Shown here piece after piece: positions 1 to 9,183 of a stretch of 60,487 nt of DNA. The notes below the pieces were generated by a model. It did no database searches. It was given only the letters and a program-made list of their open reading frames with translations, and was not told where the DNA came from. The position numbers were made by a program, and so were the translations under genes. The DNA is from an uncultured bacterium (GTDB lineage: Bacteria > Fidelibacterota > Marinisomatia > Marinisomatales > UBA1611). The stretch spans positions 1 to 60,487 of the forward strand of contig CAZYDX010000002.1 of the NCBI GenBank assembly GCA_964646455.1. The letters are read 5' to 3'. The number at the start of each line of letters is the position of its first letter. Within the stretch, counting starts at the first letter, position 1.

Positions 1-43
1 AGAATATTGATTAATTATTTATGATGATTTCTAATGATGTAAG

Positions 44-1201
44 ATGAAAATTGCTCATATAAAATCCCCATTTTTGCCTCTTACTGAAACTTTCATTTAT
101 AATTACATTTCTTCATTAAAAAGATATGAACCTGTTATAATATCAGAGACCCAAATTAATGATAATATCTTTCCTGTAAAAAATATCATAGTCCAAAGAT
201 CAAAAGATTTTTATTTTGAAAATCTATTAAGGCATACAAGAAATTGGCTTTATGGAAAAATTCAAAAAGAAATATTTTTTAAAAAATTTTATACTAATGC
301 TTTAAATACAGCCAATTCTGATGTAGTACATATACATTTTGGCGCACCTGCTATTCTTTATTCAAAGATAGTTGAAAAACTCAAATTGCCCCTTATTGTT
401 TCTTTTTATGGATATGATTTGTCTTCATTACCATATACTTTAGGGAAAGACATATATATGAAAAATAATTTATTTGATATAGGACAAATTTTCACTGCGG
501 AAGGCGAATACGCATTGAATAAATTGGTAAATCTTGGATGTCCAAAAGAAAAAGTTCGTTTACTAAGGATAGGTATAAAAACAAAAAATTATAAGTTTTT
601 ACCTAGATCATTATCTACTTCGAAAAATATCAAGCTATTATTCTGCGGCAGGTTTGTTCCTAAAAAAGGACTTTTATTATTATTAAAATTAATATCATTA
701 GCTAGAAATGATGGTTTAAACATTTTTTGCAATGTTATCGGCTTTGGGCCTCAAGAAAAGGAGGCTAAAGATTTTGTCCAGGAACATAATATTCAACAAC
801 ATGTCAATTTTCTTGGAATTTTGAGTCAAAATGACTTCATAAAGGAGTGCTATAATAATCATATATTTGTTGCTCCTAGTCAAAAAGATGTATCAAATAA
901 TGAAACTGAAGGAGGTGCTCCTACAGTTATCTTAGAAGCATTAGCAACAGGTATGCCTGTAATAGGGTCTGATCACGCAGATATACCTAATATTGTTATT
1001 GATAAAAAAACTGGGATTATTTTTAAAGAAAAAGATTTAAATAGTTTTTATCAAGCATTGGTTGAAATGCTGGAGATGTATAAATATTGGGAAGTAATGG
1101 GAAGGGCTGGAAGAGGATTTATTGAAAAATACCATGACACGAATAAAGTCAACAATCTTCTTGAAAATTATTACGATGAGGCGCAAAGAATTAGTTTATA
1201 G
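44..1201 (+). CDS. Glycosyltransferase, GT4-like (GT-B fold)
   Basis: 385-aa ORF. The C-terminal 'ETEGGAPTVILEALATGMPVIGSD' matches the E-x7-E / EAxAxGxPV signature of GT4 retaining glycosyltransferases. Confidence 0.8.
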   Translation: MKIAHIKSPFLPLTETFIYNYISSLKRYEPVIISETQINDNIFPVKNIIVQRSKDFYFENLLRHTRNWLYGKIQKEIFFKKFYTNALNTANSDVVHIHFGAPAILYSKIVEKLKLPLIVSFYGYDLSSLPYTLGKDIYMKNNLFDIGQIFTAEGEYALNKLVNLGCPKEKVRLLRIGIKTKNYKFLPRSLSTSKNIKLLFCGRFVPKKGLLLLLKLISLARNDGLNIFCNVIGFGPQEKEAKDFVQEHNIQQHVNFLGILSQNDFIKECYNNHIFVAPSQKDVSNNETEGGAPTVILEALATGMPVIGSDHADIPNIVIDKKTGIIFKEKDLNSFYQALVEMLEMYKYWEVMGRAGRGFIEKYHDTNKVNNLLENYYDEAQRISL

Positions 1202-1281
1202 TTTAAATCATGAGATCAAAACAAGAAATTCCAACAATTCATTATTTTCCACTTTTTTCTATATAAATTAAAGTATAAAAA

Positions 1282-3204
1282 ATGTTTGATGATTTAAAAT
1301 TAGGATTGAAGATACGGGCTGTTGAAGAGGCCTTCCTTGATATATTTTCAAAAGGCCTTTTGAGTGGAACTGTTCATACATGTGTAGGCCAGGAATTATC
1401 AGCAGTAGCAGTTTCGAAGTATCTGAAAAAAAACGATTATGTTTTTAGCAATCATCGTTGCCATGGTCATTATATTGCATTTACAAATACTTACGAAAAT
1501 CTTATTGATGAGTTACTGGGCAAAGAATCCGGGTTAAGTGGAGGAATCGGTGGTAGTCAACATATTGCGCATAACAATTTTTTCTCTAATGGTCCACAAG
1601 GTTCGCTTTCTCCTGTTGCTGTGGGCGTTGCTGAAGGTTTAAAACGTAAATCTAAAAAACATATTTCAGTTTGTTTTATTGGGGATGGTACATTAGGCGA
1701 AGGCATAATTTACGAGTCTTTAAATTTAGCAGCCTTGTATAATCTTCCGATTCTATTTGCATGCGAGAATAATAAATATGCACAATCAACAAAAACATCT
1801 GAGAATTTATCTGGATCAATTTTTGAAAGAGCAAAATCATTTGGCTTAAATGTTTTTGAGTCAGATACATGGAACTATGAAAAACTTCTCAGTGCTGCAA
1901 ATAAAGCAATTATTAAAACAAGGAATAATGAACCAAGTTTTCTAATTATTAATACTTACAGATTAAAAGCTCATTCAAAAGGAGATGATGACAGAGATCC
2001 TGAAGAAATAAAAAAGTATGAAAAGCTGGATCTTCTAAACAAAGAGTTAAAAAATAATGAATCGTTAAATGAATTTTATTTAAAAATAAAAGGTGAAATA
2101 AGTGATTATATAGATGTCGCACTAAATAAGGTTGAGATGCCTAGTAAGAATTATCTTGGAAAAAAAATATCTGTAAATAATTTAAAATTGCAACATCATA
2201 ATATAGATATAAAAATCAAACAGGTTTCTCAGATTAATAAATTCTTTGATTTGACAATAAAAAATAATGATAAAACCATATTGATCGGCGAAGATATTAA
2301 AGATCCATATGGTGGAGCATTTAAGGTTACAAAAGGTTTATCCAGCAAATACAAAAATAATGTCATATCAACTCCAATTTCAGAAGCTGCCATTGTCGGA
2401 ATGGGTATCGGACTTTGTTTGATGGGCTATAAGCCATTTGTTGAAATCATGTTTGGAGATTTCATTAGTTATTCTTTTGATCAAATATTATCGAATGCTT
2501 CAAAATTTTACCATATGTATAATAAACAAGTAGCAATTCCATTAGTAATTCGTACGCCAATGGGAGGTGGCCGAGGATATGGGCCAACTCACTCTCAAAG
2601 TATTGAAAAGTTTTTCAATGGTATAAATAATATACAAATAATTGCATTAAATACATTTATTGATGCAAATAGATTGTATCAATCCATTTTTAATTACAAA
2701 CACACAACTATAGTCATTGAAAATAAGCTAGACTATGGTAGATTAAAAAATACTGTTCCCCAATCCGTAAACTATATTTACTCAAAATCAGACGACTTAT
2801 ATCCTATAATATTTTGTGCTCCCGATAATATAAATTCAACTCTAAGTATCATCACCTATGGTGGTTCAATACATCATGTAATGGAATCAATTGATTCCAT
2901 TTTTTATGAATATGAAACAATACCAAACATTATAATTTTGACAAAAATTTACCCAATCAATTTTAATGATATATTTGAATTGACCAAAGATTCAGAATAT
3001 ATTGTTACAGTTGAAGAGAGTAATGTAGAGGGAGGCTTTGGTTCTGAAATCATTTCCAGTCTTATAGAATTTGACAATTTGAAGAATAAAAAATATTTAC
3101 GAATTGGCTCAGAAAATATACCGATACCCTCTACGAAATCTTTGGAAAGTCAAATGTTAGTGTCATCAAAAATGATTGTTGAAAAAATGAAAAAAATATT
3201 ATGA
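1282..3204 (+). CDS. Single-chain fused E1 alpha+beta component of a TPP-dependent 2-oxoacid (pyruvate/acetoin/branched-chain type) dehydrogenase
   Basis: 640 aa. The N-half carries the TPP motif GDG-X26-NN ('GDGTLGEGIIYESLNLAALYNLPILFACENN'). The C-half is E1-beta-like ('ISEAAIVGMGIGLCLMGYKPFVEIMFGDFISYSFDQI'). Its stop overlaps the start of the next gene (ATGA). Confidence 0.8.
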   Translation: MFDDLKLGLKIRAVEEAFLDIFSKGLLSGTVHTCVGQELSAVAVSKYLKKNDYVFSNHRCHGHYIAFTNTYENLIDELLGKESGLSGGIGGSQHIAHNNFFSNGPQGSLSPVAVGVAEGLKRKSKKHISVCFIGDGTLGEGIIYESLNLAALYNLPILFACENNKYAQSTKTSENLSGSIFERAKSFGLNVFESDTWNYEKLLSAANKAIIKTRNNEPSFLIINTYRLKAHSKGDDDRDPEEIKKYEKLDLLNKELKNNESLNEFYLKIKGEISDYIDVALNKVEMPSKNYLGKKISVNNLKLQHHNIDIKIKQVSQINKFFDLTIKNNDKTILIGEDIKDPYGGAFKVTKGLSSKYKNNVISTPISEAAIVGMGIGLCLMGYKPFVEIMFGDFISYSFDQILSNASKFYHMYNKQVAIPLVIRTPMGGGRGYGPTHSQSIEKFFNGINNIQIIALNTFIDANRLYQSIFNYKHTTIVIENKLDYGRLKNTVPQSVNYIYSKSDDLYPIIFCAPDNINSTLSIITYGGSIHHVMESIDSIFYEYETIPNIIILTKIYPINFNDIFELTKDSEYIVTVEESNVEGGFGSEIISSLIEFDNLKNKKYLRIGSENIPIPSTKSLESQMLVSSKMIVEKMKKIL

Positions 3205-4253
3205 TGCCTTCAGAAGAAATTAAGATTCCTCAAGATAATGTAAATGACGAAGAGGTAATAATAACAAATATATACGTTAATAATGATCAAGAAATTGATA
3301 AGGATACACATGTCGCTGATTACGAGACCTCCAAGGCAAACTTTGAACTATATTCCAAATCAAAAGGATATGTTTTTTTAAAGTGCTCAAAGGGGGATAG
3401 TGTAAAAGTTGGCTCTACAATTATAGATATATTTGAAAAACCATTTTCTCCATCAATTGAAGATGAAAAATCTAATTTAAATGATCTCAAACAAAATATT
3501 AGTAAAAAAGCATTAGAAAAGATAAAAAAACATAATTTAGACATAAGTTTATTTGATGGAGGAATATTAGTTACAGAAAAAGTTGTAGACGAATATATTA
3601 ATAAAACATTGAAGAATAATCATGTGGAAAGAATTATTAATTTTAGTCAAATCAAACAAACTGAAATAGAAAATCTATTTGATGGTGCTAGGCTTGGTCT
3701 AGTTTCATCTGTTTCGAAAAGTTTCAATGTTGATACTGAAAAAATAAATCATTATCACACATATAAAGAATTTAAAGATTCAGTCTCAACTTTACTTATC
3801 GATGTTGCTTCAAAAATATTGTTGCAGGATAAATACAAACATTTAAATAGTTTTGTCCGAGACAAAACTGTAAATATCTACAAATCAGTGCATTTTGGAT
3901 TAGCATTAAATCTAGGTAATGGATTAAAGATTGGTGTTATTAAAGATTCTCAAAGTATGGATATTAATCAAATAGAATCTAGAGTAATTGAGCTTATTGA
4001 TGCTTACATTGATAATAAAATGAGTCTTGATGATGTTGAGGGTGCAACTGTTGTTTTGACTGATTTGACAGAACAAAACATAGATATATTTTCTCCATTA
4101 ATTTTAAAAAATAATACAATAATGTTTGGATTATCTGGTTCAAAAGGAAAAATTCAGACAATTACAATTGCTTTTGACCATAGAGTAAGTGATGGTCTAG
4201 AAATAGCTAATTTACTCAATGATATCATTCTTAAGATAACAGTAGATTTATAA
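3201..4253 (+). CDS. E2-type dihydrolipoamide acyltransferase (lipoyl domain, PSBD-like segment, catalytic domain)
   Basis: 350 aa. Lipoyl-lysine context 'DYETSKANFEL' (compare ETDKA). Subunit-binding-like 'ISKKALEKIKKHNLDISLF'. Catalytic 'AFDHRVSDG' (the DHRxxDG motif of 2-oxoacid dehydrogenase acyltransferases). Confidence 0.75.
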   Translation: MMPSEEIKIPQDNVNDEEVIITNIYVNNDQEIDKDTHVADYETSKANFELYSKSKGYVFLKCSKGDSVKVGSTIIDIFEKPFSPSIEDEKSNLNDLKQNISKKALEKIKKHNLDISLFDGGILVTEKVVDEYINKTLKNNHVERIINFSQIKQTEIENLFDGARLGLVSSVSKSFNVDTEKINHYHTYKEFKDSVSTLLIDVASKILLQDKYKHLNSFVRDKTVNIYKSVHFGLALNLGNGLKIGVIKDSQSMDINQIESRVIELIDAYIDNKMSLDDVEGATVVLTDLTEQNIDIFSPLILKNNTIMFGLSGSKGKIQTITIAFDHRVSDGLEIANLLNDIILKITVDL

Positions 4254-4254
4254 A

Positions 4255-4497
4255 ATGGTTGCTATAAGTAACGATCTAAAAGAGATTATTTGTAAATTCA
4301 TAAAAATTGATAAAGAAAGCTTATCTGATGATACAATAATTGACTCTTCCGTCCTGAGTGGTAGCGTTTTGTTTCATAGAATGATATCTAGAATTAATGA
4401 TTTATATGATATAGAAATTATTAACTATACTTTAATCAAAACATTCGGGGATTTAAAGAACCAGATTCGAGAAATTAAATCTGAGGATTTAAGTTGA
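4255..4497 (+). CDS. Acyl/peptidyl carrier protein-like (dedicated ACP)
   Basis: 80 aa, acidic, with helix-2-like 'LSGSVLFHRMISRINDLYDIEI'; the candidate Ppant serine is in the GS motif. It sits directly between E2 and a PPTase. There is no canonical DSL motif, so the call rests on size, context and pattern. Confidence 0.55.
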   Translation: MVAISNDLKEIICKFIKIDKESLSDDTIIDSSVLSGSVLFHRMISRINDLYDIEIINYTLIKTFGDLKNQIREIKSEDLS

Positions 4498-4814
4498 ATA
4501 TTGGTATTGATCTAATTAATGTAAATGAACTTCCCATTTATGATTCATTTTCTGAACAAAGGTTCTACTTTGATAATTTTTCAAAAAATGAAATTGAATA
4601 TGCAATATCAAAAAATAATAAGGATTCTATTTTTGCTTATCTTTTTTCAATAAAAGAATCCATTGTTAAAAGTGAAAAAAATTTAATTTATACTCCTTTT
4701 AATAAAATAGAAATTTCCATTATAAAAAATAAATTTTTTTATAAAAATTTTTTAATTACATGTTCATCTCTTGGAAAAAATTGGATTCTTGTATCAGTCA
4801 TTAATAAATATTAA
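4494..4814 (+). CDS. AcpS-type 4'-phosphopantetheinyl transferase (holo-ACP synthase family)
   Basis: 106 aa with a TTG start that overlaps the ACP stop (TTGA). 'IGIDLINVNEL' resembles the AcpS GIDIVEI motif, and 'FSIKESIVKS' resembles FAAKEAxxKA. Confidence 0.6.
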   Translation: MNIGIDLINVNELPIYDSFSEQRFYFDNFSKNEIEYAISKNNKDSIFAYLFSIKESIVKSEKNLIYTPFNKIEISIIKNKFFYKNFLITCSSLGKNWILVSVINKY

Positions 4815-6271
4815 TGTTATTTAATTCCTTAGAATTTTTTTTATTTCTTCCAATAGTTTTTTTTCTTTATTGGTTTTTTTTTAATAGAAATATACAATTA
4901 CAAAATATCTTATTATTAGTATGTAGTTATATTTTTTATGGTTGGTGGGATTGGAGATTTTTGTCATTAATTGCTGGATCAACAATTGTTGATTACTTTA
5001 TTGGTTTAAAAATCAATGGCGTTGATAATATAAAATATAAAAAATTTTTACTTTGGATAAGCATATCATTTAACCTCAGTTTATTAGGGTTTTTTAAATA
5101 TTTTAACTTTTTTATTGATTCATTTATCTATTTGGTTTCAGGTATTGGATTTGATTTTACTAGCTACTGGACTCTAAACATAATATTGCCTGTTGGAATA
5201 TCGTTTTATACATTTCAGACAATGTCCTATTCACTGGATATTTATTATGGGAAATTAAAACCCACAAAGAACTTTATTTCGTTCGCTGCATTTGTTAGCT
5301 TTCTCCCCCAACTTGTAGCTGGTCCAATTGAAAGAGCCTCTAACTTACTACCTCAGATTCAAAAATTACGAAAATTTAATTATAAGCAAGGAGTTCAAGG
5401 TCTGAGGTTAATATTGTGGGGAATGTTTAAAAAAGTAGTAATTGCAGATTCTTTAGCAGCAAATGTTGATTATATTTTTTCTAATTACGTCTATTATTCT
5501 GGAGGCATCCTTTTTCTTGGACTCTTATATTTTTCATTTCAAATATATTGTGATTTTAGTGGATACTCAGATATAGCAATTGGAGTTTCTAAGCTATTTG
5601 GTATTGAAATAATGTCAAACTTTAAATTTCCATATTTTTCAAGAAATATTGAAGAATACTGGAATAGGTGGCATATATCATTATCTTCTTGGTTCAGGGA
5701 TTATATTTACATCCCTTTGTTTAATAAAATTGATGATGATGATATTATTGACCAAAATTTGAATTATAAAATTCAAGGCATCAAAATAACATTAGTAACT
5801 TTTTTAATAAGTGGTTTATGGCATGGCTCAAATTGGACCTTTGTAATATGGGGGTTAATTCATTCTTTATTGTATTTACCATTATTTATTTTTGGTAGCC
5901 GTAATTATAGTACAGACAAAGTGTGGGATGGAAAAAAAATACCTTCTCTGTCACAATTTATTAAAAATGTTGCAACCTTTTTTTGCGTAATGATATCTTG
6001 GGTCTTTTTTAGAAGCGATAGTGTCTCAAATGGTTTTGAATATTTAAATCTAATGTTTTCAAATTTTTCTCTACCAGCAAGCCAGAGGTCAGGTATAATT
6101 TTTATTTTTATTTTAATATTGTTAGAGTATTTATTTAAAGATGATGAAAGGAATCCAATCAATTTTAAAATGAGATTTTTTAGATATTCAACTTATATAA
6201 TATTAGCATATTTTATCTTTTCCCATTTTAAATTAATTAACCTTTCTCAATTTATTTATTTTCAATTTTAA
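4814..6271 (+). CDS. MBOAT family O-acyltransferase (AlgI/DltB/PatA-like), copy 1
   Basis: 485 aa, polytopic. 'ISFYTFQTMSYSLDIY', 'FLPQLVAGPIERA', 'RWHISLSSWFRDYIYIPL' (conserved His), 'GLWHG', and a C-terminal 'FIYFQF'. Confidence 0.85.
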   Translation: MLFNSLEFFLFLPIVFFLYWFFFNRNIQLQNILLLVCSYIFYGWWDWRFLSLIAGSTIVDYFIGLKINGVDNIKYKKFLLWISISFNLSLLGFFKYFNFFIDSFIYLVSGIGFDFTSYWTLNIILPVGISFYTFQTMSYSLDIYYGKLKPTKNFISFAAFVSFLPQLVAGPIERASNLLPQIQKLRKFNYKQGVQGLRLILWGMFKKVVIADSLAANVDYIFSNYVYYSGGILFLGLLYFSFQIYCDFSGYSDIAIGVSKLFGIEIMSNFKFPYFSRNIEEYWNRWHISLSSWFRDYIYIPLFNKIDDDDIIDQNLNYKIQGIKITLVTFLISGLWHGSNWTFVIWGLIHSLLYLPLFIFGSRNYSTDKVWDGKKIPSLSQFIKNVATFFCVMISWVFFRSDSVSNGFEYLNLMFSNFSLPASQRSGIIFIFILILLEYLFKDDERNPINFKMRFFRYSTYIILAYFIFSHFKLINLSQFIYFQF

Positions 6272-6274
6272 CAT

Positions 6275-7255
6275 ATGAAAAATTTTTTAAAGAATACTCT
6301 CTTTTTCATTACGACCTTTGTTATTCTAATAATTTCAATTTATTATGTAAAAAACAAATCTTTATACATTGATTATGAGCGTTTTGAACCAAAAATATTT
6401 AACAAAAAGCTCGAAGTATTTAATAATTTTATAATAAAAAATAATTCAATAAATCTTATCCTCGGAAGCTCTGTTGTGGAACATTCGATAATTCCTGACT
6501 CAATTGGGCCTAAATGGTTTGCATTTGCCCATGGAGGGCAAAACATATACGAATCTTATAAATTCATAAATTACTTTAAAGAATATACAAAATTTGACTC
6601 TATCATTATTGGAATACAGCCATTTGATTTTCCATTTTCTTACATAAAAAATAGAGTTAATCAGCATCCATATACGAATGGAAATTTTCATATATTTGGA
6701 GAGGATTCTATAACTACTATTGATATGGATAGAAAAATAAAAAATATCCAAATTATTAAAGAAGAGAATTTTTTTAATATAAGTAATATTTTAGGTCAAG
6801 AAAAAAGAACTTCATTTATTAAGAATCAAGATGTTTGGTCTAAGCAAGGATATTCTGGCCTCAAATTTGATGAGCCTGTTGATTTAAGAAAGTTTTTTTA
6901 TGAAAACCCTTCAAATCTTAATAATTATTTAGGCCAATTTGTAAATTTCAAAAAAAATCCTAACCTATATTATTTTGAATTATTTGAAACTTTAATGAAT
7001 AACCTAGATATACATGTAATTTACATAATTATTCCAACACCAATTTACCGAATAGATATGATGGCCAAATATGGCCATGATAAATCTTGGTCAAGAGTTA
7101 AGAACATCCTAAAAGCAAAAGATATAATTTTCTGGGATTTCGAAAATATAAATATTCCATTCCCCTTAGAATTCATTGATGAAAATCATATGTCTTTTAA
7201 TAGTGCAAAAGATTTTACTCTTTTTATTAATTCTAAGTTAAATGAAGGCTCATAA
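6275..7255 (+). CDS. Membrane-anchored putative acyl-transfer partner of the MBOAT (DltD/AlgJ/SGNH-like)
   Basis: 326 aa with an N-terminal TM helix. 'LILGSSVVEHS' (GSS, DltD-like nucleophile context) and a C-terminal 'FIDENHMS' (DxxH). It starts 4 nt after the MBOAT. Homology was inferred by eye only. Confidence 0.35.
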   Translation: MKNFLKNTLFFITTFVILIISIYYVKNKSLYIDYERFEPKIFNKKLEVFNNFIIKNNSINLILGSSVVEHSIIPDSIGPKWFAFAHGGQNIYESYKFINYFKEYTKFDSIIIGIQPFDFPFSYIKNRVNQHPYTNGNFHIFGEDSITTIDMDRKIKNIQIIKEENFFNISNILGQEKRTSFIKNQDVWSKQGYSGLKFDEPVDLRKFFYENPSNLNNYLGQFVNFKKNPNLYYFELFETLMNNLDIHVIYIIIPTPIYRIDMMAKYGHDKSWSRVKNILKAKDIIFWDFENINIPFPLEFIDENHMSFNSAKDFTLFINSKLNEGS

Positions 7256-7257
7256 CT

Positions 7258-8625
7258 ATGTTTAAAAAAATTGAAATATGGATTTTATATCTTACTTTGG
7301 TATTTGTTTTAATATCATATATTATTTTTGGTAGTTTAGTAAGAAGAGAAATTATAAAAGGTGAATATATACCTGTAATTAGTACCATTTCAAAAATTGC
7401 TCTTTTCGTTGCAGAAATTCCATTTAATTTAAAAATGATATTTGATAGAAAAGTAACATCCCCTCATCTAAACGGAATAAATAGATTTGGAAATTCTAAT
7501 GGTTTTTCAGGAACTAAAGAAGACAATGAAAAATATCTACTTCTCTCAAGGTTTGATGGTGATTTAAATGACGGTGTAGTTGAACTTGTTGATTTAAGAG
7601 ATTTTAATGTTTTATTTAAATGGAATCCTGATATTGATGAATTTTGGGAAAAAATAGAGGATAAAAACAGTGAAAAATGGAGATATCTTAAGAGAGATAG
7701 AAATGATAAGAGATTTATATTGATCCATCCGCTATTCACTGATAATGGTTCTTTGATATTTAAATTTGGCTCTCCTTTGGTAAAAATTGATTATAATTCA
7801 AAACTAGAATGGATTTTAGATGATCAAATTTATCATCACTCGATTGAGGAAGATTATGAAGGAAACTTATGGGTATGTGTAAGCTATCATCCATATAAAA
7901 TTAGTAAAAAATATGTTGGCATAAAATATGATAACTATATTGATGATGGTGTAAGAAAACTTTCGCCTAATGGTGAAATACTTTTTGACAAATCTATTTC
8001 AGAGTTATTCATTGAAAATAAGATGGAGGAATTATTATTCACCAACACTGATAAATTTAAAAGAGATCCAATTCATTTAAATGATATCCAGCCTGTTGAA
8101 TATGATTCAAAATTTTGGAAGAGAGGTGATATTTTCATTTCATTAAGAAATGTATCAATAATTTTGCTTTATAGACCTTCAAATAATAAAATCATATGGA
8201 AATTTAATGGCAAAACTTTTAATCAACACGATGTTGATATATTAAATAGTAATACAATTTCTATATTTGATAATAATATGAAAATGTTTTATAGTGGTGG
8301 AAATGTTGATGGTAATAATAGAGTGGGAGTCTATAACTTTTTAAAAGATGAATATTTATTTTATTTAAACAAATCATTAATAAAAGAAGATGTTAAAACA
8401 GCTACTGGAGGCAGGAGTCAAATATTACCTAATGGTGATTTACTTGTGGAGGAAACTAATTATGGAAGATTATTATATTTTAATAATGATGGTTCTTTAA
8501 AATGGACTTATGTTAATAGTTCAAAAACAAATAATACTTTTGATCTTGGATGGTCAAGGATTTTATATGAGAATGAAGATTTAAAGTTGATTGCAAAATT
8601 TTTACAAAAAAAGGAAGTTAAATGA
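7258..8625 (+). CDS. Arylsulfotransferase (ASST)-like beta-propeller protein, N-terminally membrane anchored
   Basis: 455 aa with an N-terminal TM helix. His-rich motifs 'IYHHSIEEDYEGNLWV', 'DPIHLNDIQ' and 'NQHDVDILNSNTISIFDNN' are reminiscent of the Arylsulfotran_2/ASST families. Needs an HMM check. Confidence 0.4.
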   Translation: MFKKIEIWILYLTLVFVLISYIIFGSLVRREIIKGEYIPVISTISKIALFVAEIPFNLKMIFDRKVTSPHLNGINRFGNSNGFSGTKEDNEKYLLLSRFDGDLNDGVVELVDLRDFNVLFKWNPDIDEFWEKIEDKNSEKWRYLKRDRNDKRFILIHPLFTDNGSLIFKFGSPLVKIDYNSKLEWILDDQIYHHSIEEDYEGNLWVCVSYHPYKISKKYVGIKYDNYIDDGVRKLSPNGEILFDKSISELFIENKMEELLFTNTDKFKRDPIHLNDIQPVEYDSKFWKRGDIFISLRNVSIILLYRPSNNKIIWKFNGKTFNQHDVDILNSNTISIFDNNMKMFYSGGNVDGNNRVGVYNFLKDEYLFYLNKSLIKEDVKTATGGRSQILPNGDLLVEETNYGRLLYFNNDGSLKWTYVNSSKTNNTFDLGWSRILYENEDLKLIAKFLQKKEVK

Positions 8626-8804
8626 AATATATACTCATTCTATTTATATTAATATCTGATTTAATATATGGCTATATAGGGCCTGGTATGAGCAGTGGCC
8701 TAATTGCAACAATTATTGGGATATTAGGTTCTCTTTTACTTGCTATATTTGGTATAGTTTACTATCCAATAAAAAGAATATTAAAAAAGCGACAAAAAAA
8801 ATAA
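8622..8804 (+). CDS. Small membrane protein (2 predicted TM helices), unknown function
   Basis: 60 aa. Its ATGA overlap with the upstream stop suggests translational coupling. It has a hydrophobic core and a basic C-tail 'KRILKKRQKK'. Confidence 0.4.
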   Translation: MKYILILFILISDLIYGYIGPGMSSGLIATIIGILGSLLLAIFGIVYYPIKRILKKRQKK

Positions 8805-8811
8805 TTATTTT

Positions 8812-9183
8812 TTGTATTATTTTCTTAGCCCGCATTTAATCTTATTGATATGTTGCGTTATATCAGTTGAAATTATTTTAAACTTTAATTTTTTATCTTA
8901 TTTATATTTTTTTTCTTCCCTATTAAATAAAGTATTAAGGTTATTTAAATCAAAAAATATTAGTGACCATTGGAAGGAAAAAGTTATACTAGCTTACTCA
9001 TTTTTAATATTTAAAAATTCATTCAAATCTTTTCTCATAATTATTTTGATTTTTGCAATATTTTTAATTCCTTCTTTAATTTTCAAGCAGTTTTTTACAT
9101 ATATCATATCTATTTATGGGTTAATTGAATCTATTTTTTTGTGTTTTATTTATATCAAAGTAAGGAAAATAATTTTTGCATAA
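8812..9183 (+). CDS. Small polytopic membrane protein, unknown function
   Basis: 123 aa with a TTG start and 3-4 hydrophobic segments. It overlaps the start of the next gene. No recognisable motif. Confidence 0.35.
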   Translation: MYYFLSPHLILLICCVISVEIILNFNFLSYLYFFSSLLNKVLRLFKSKNISDHWKEKVILAYSFLIFKNSFKSFLIIILIFAIFLIPSLIFKQFFTYIISIYGLIESIFLCFIYIKVRKIIFA

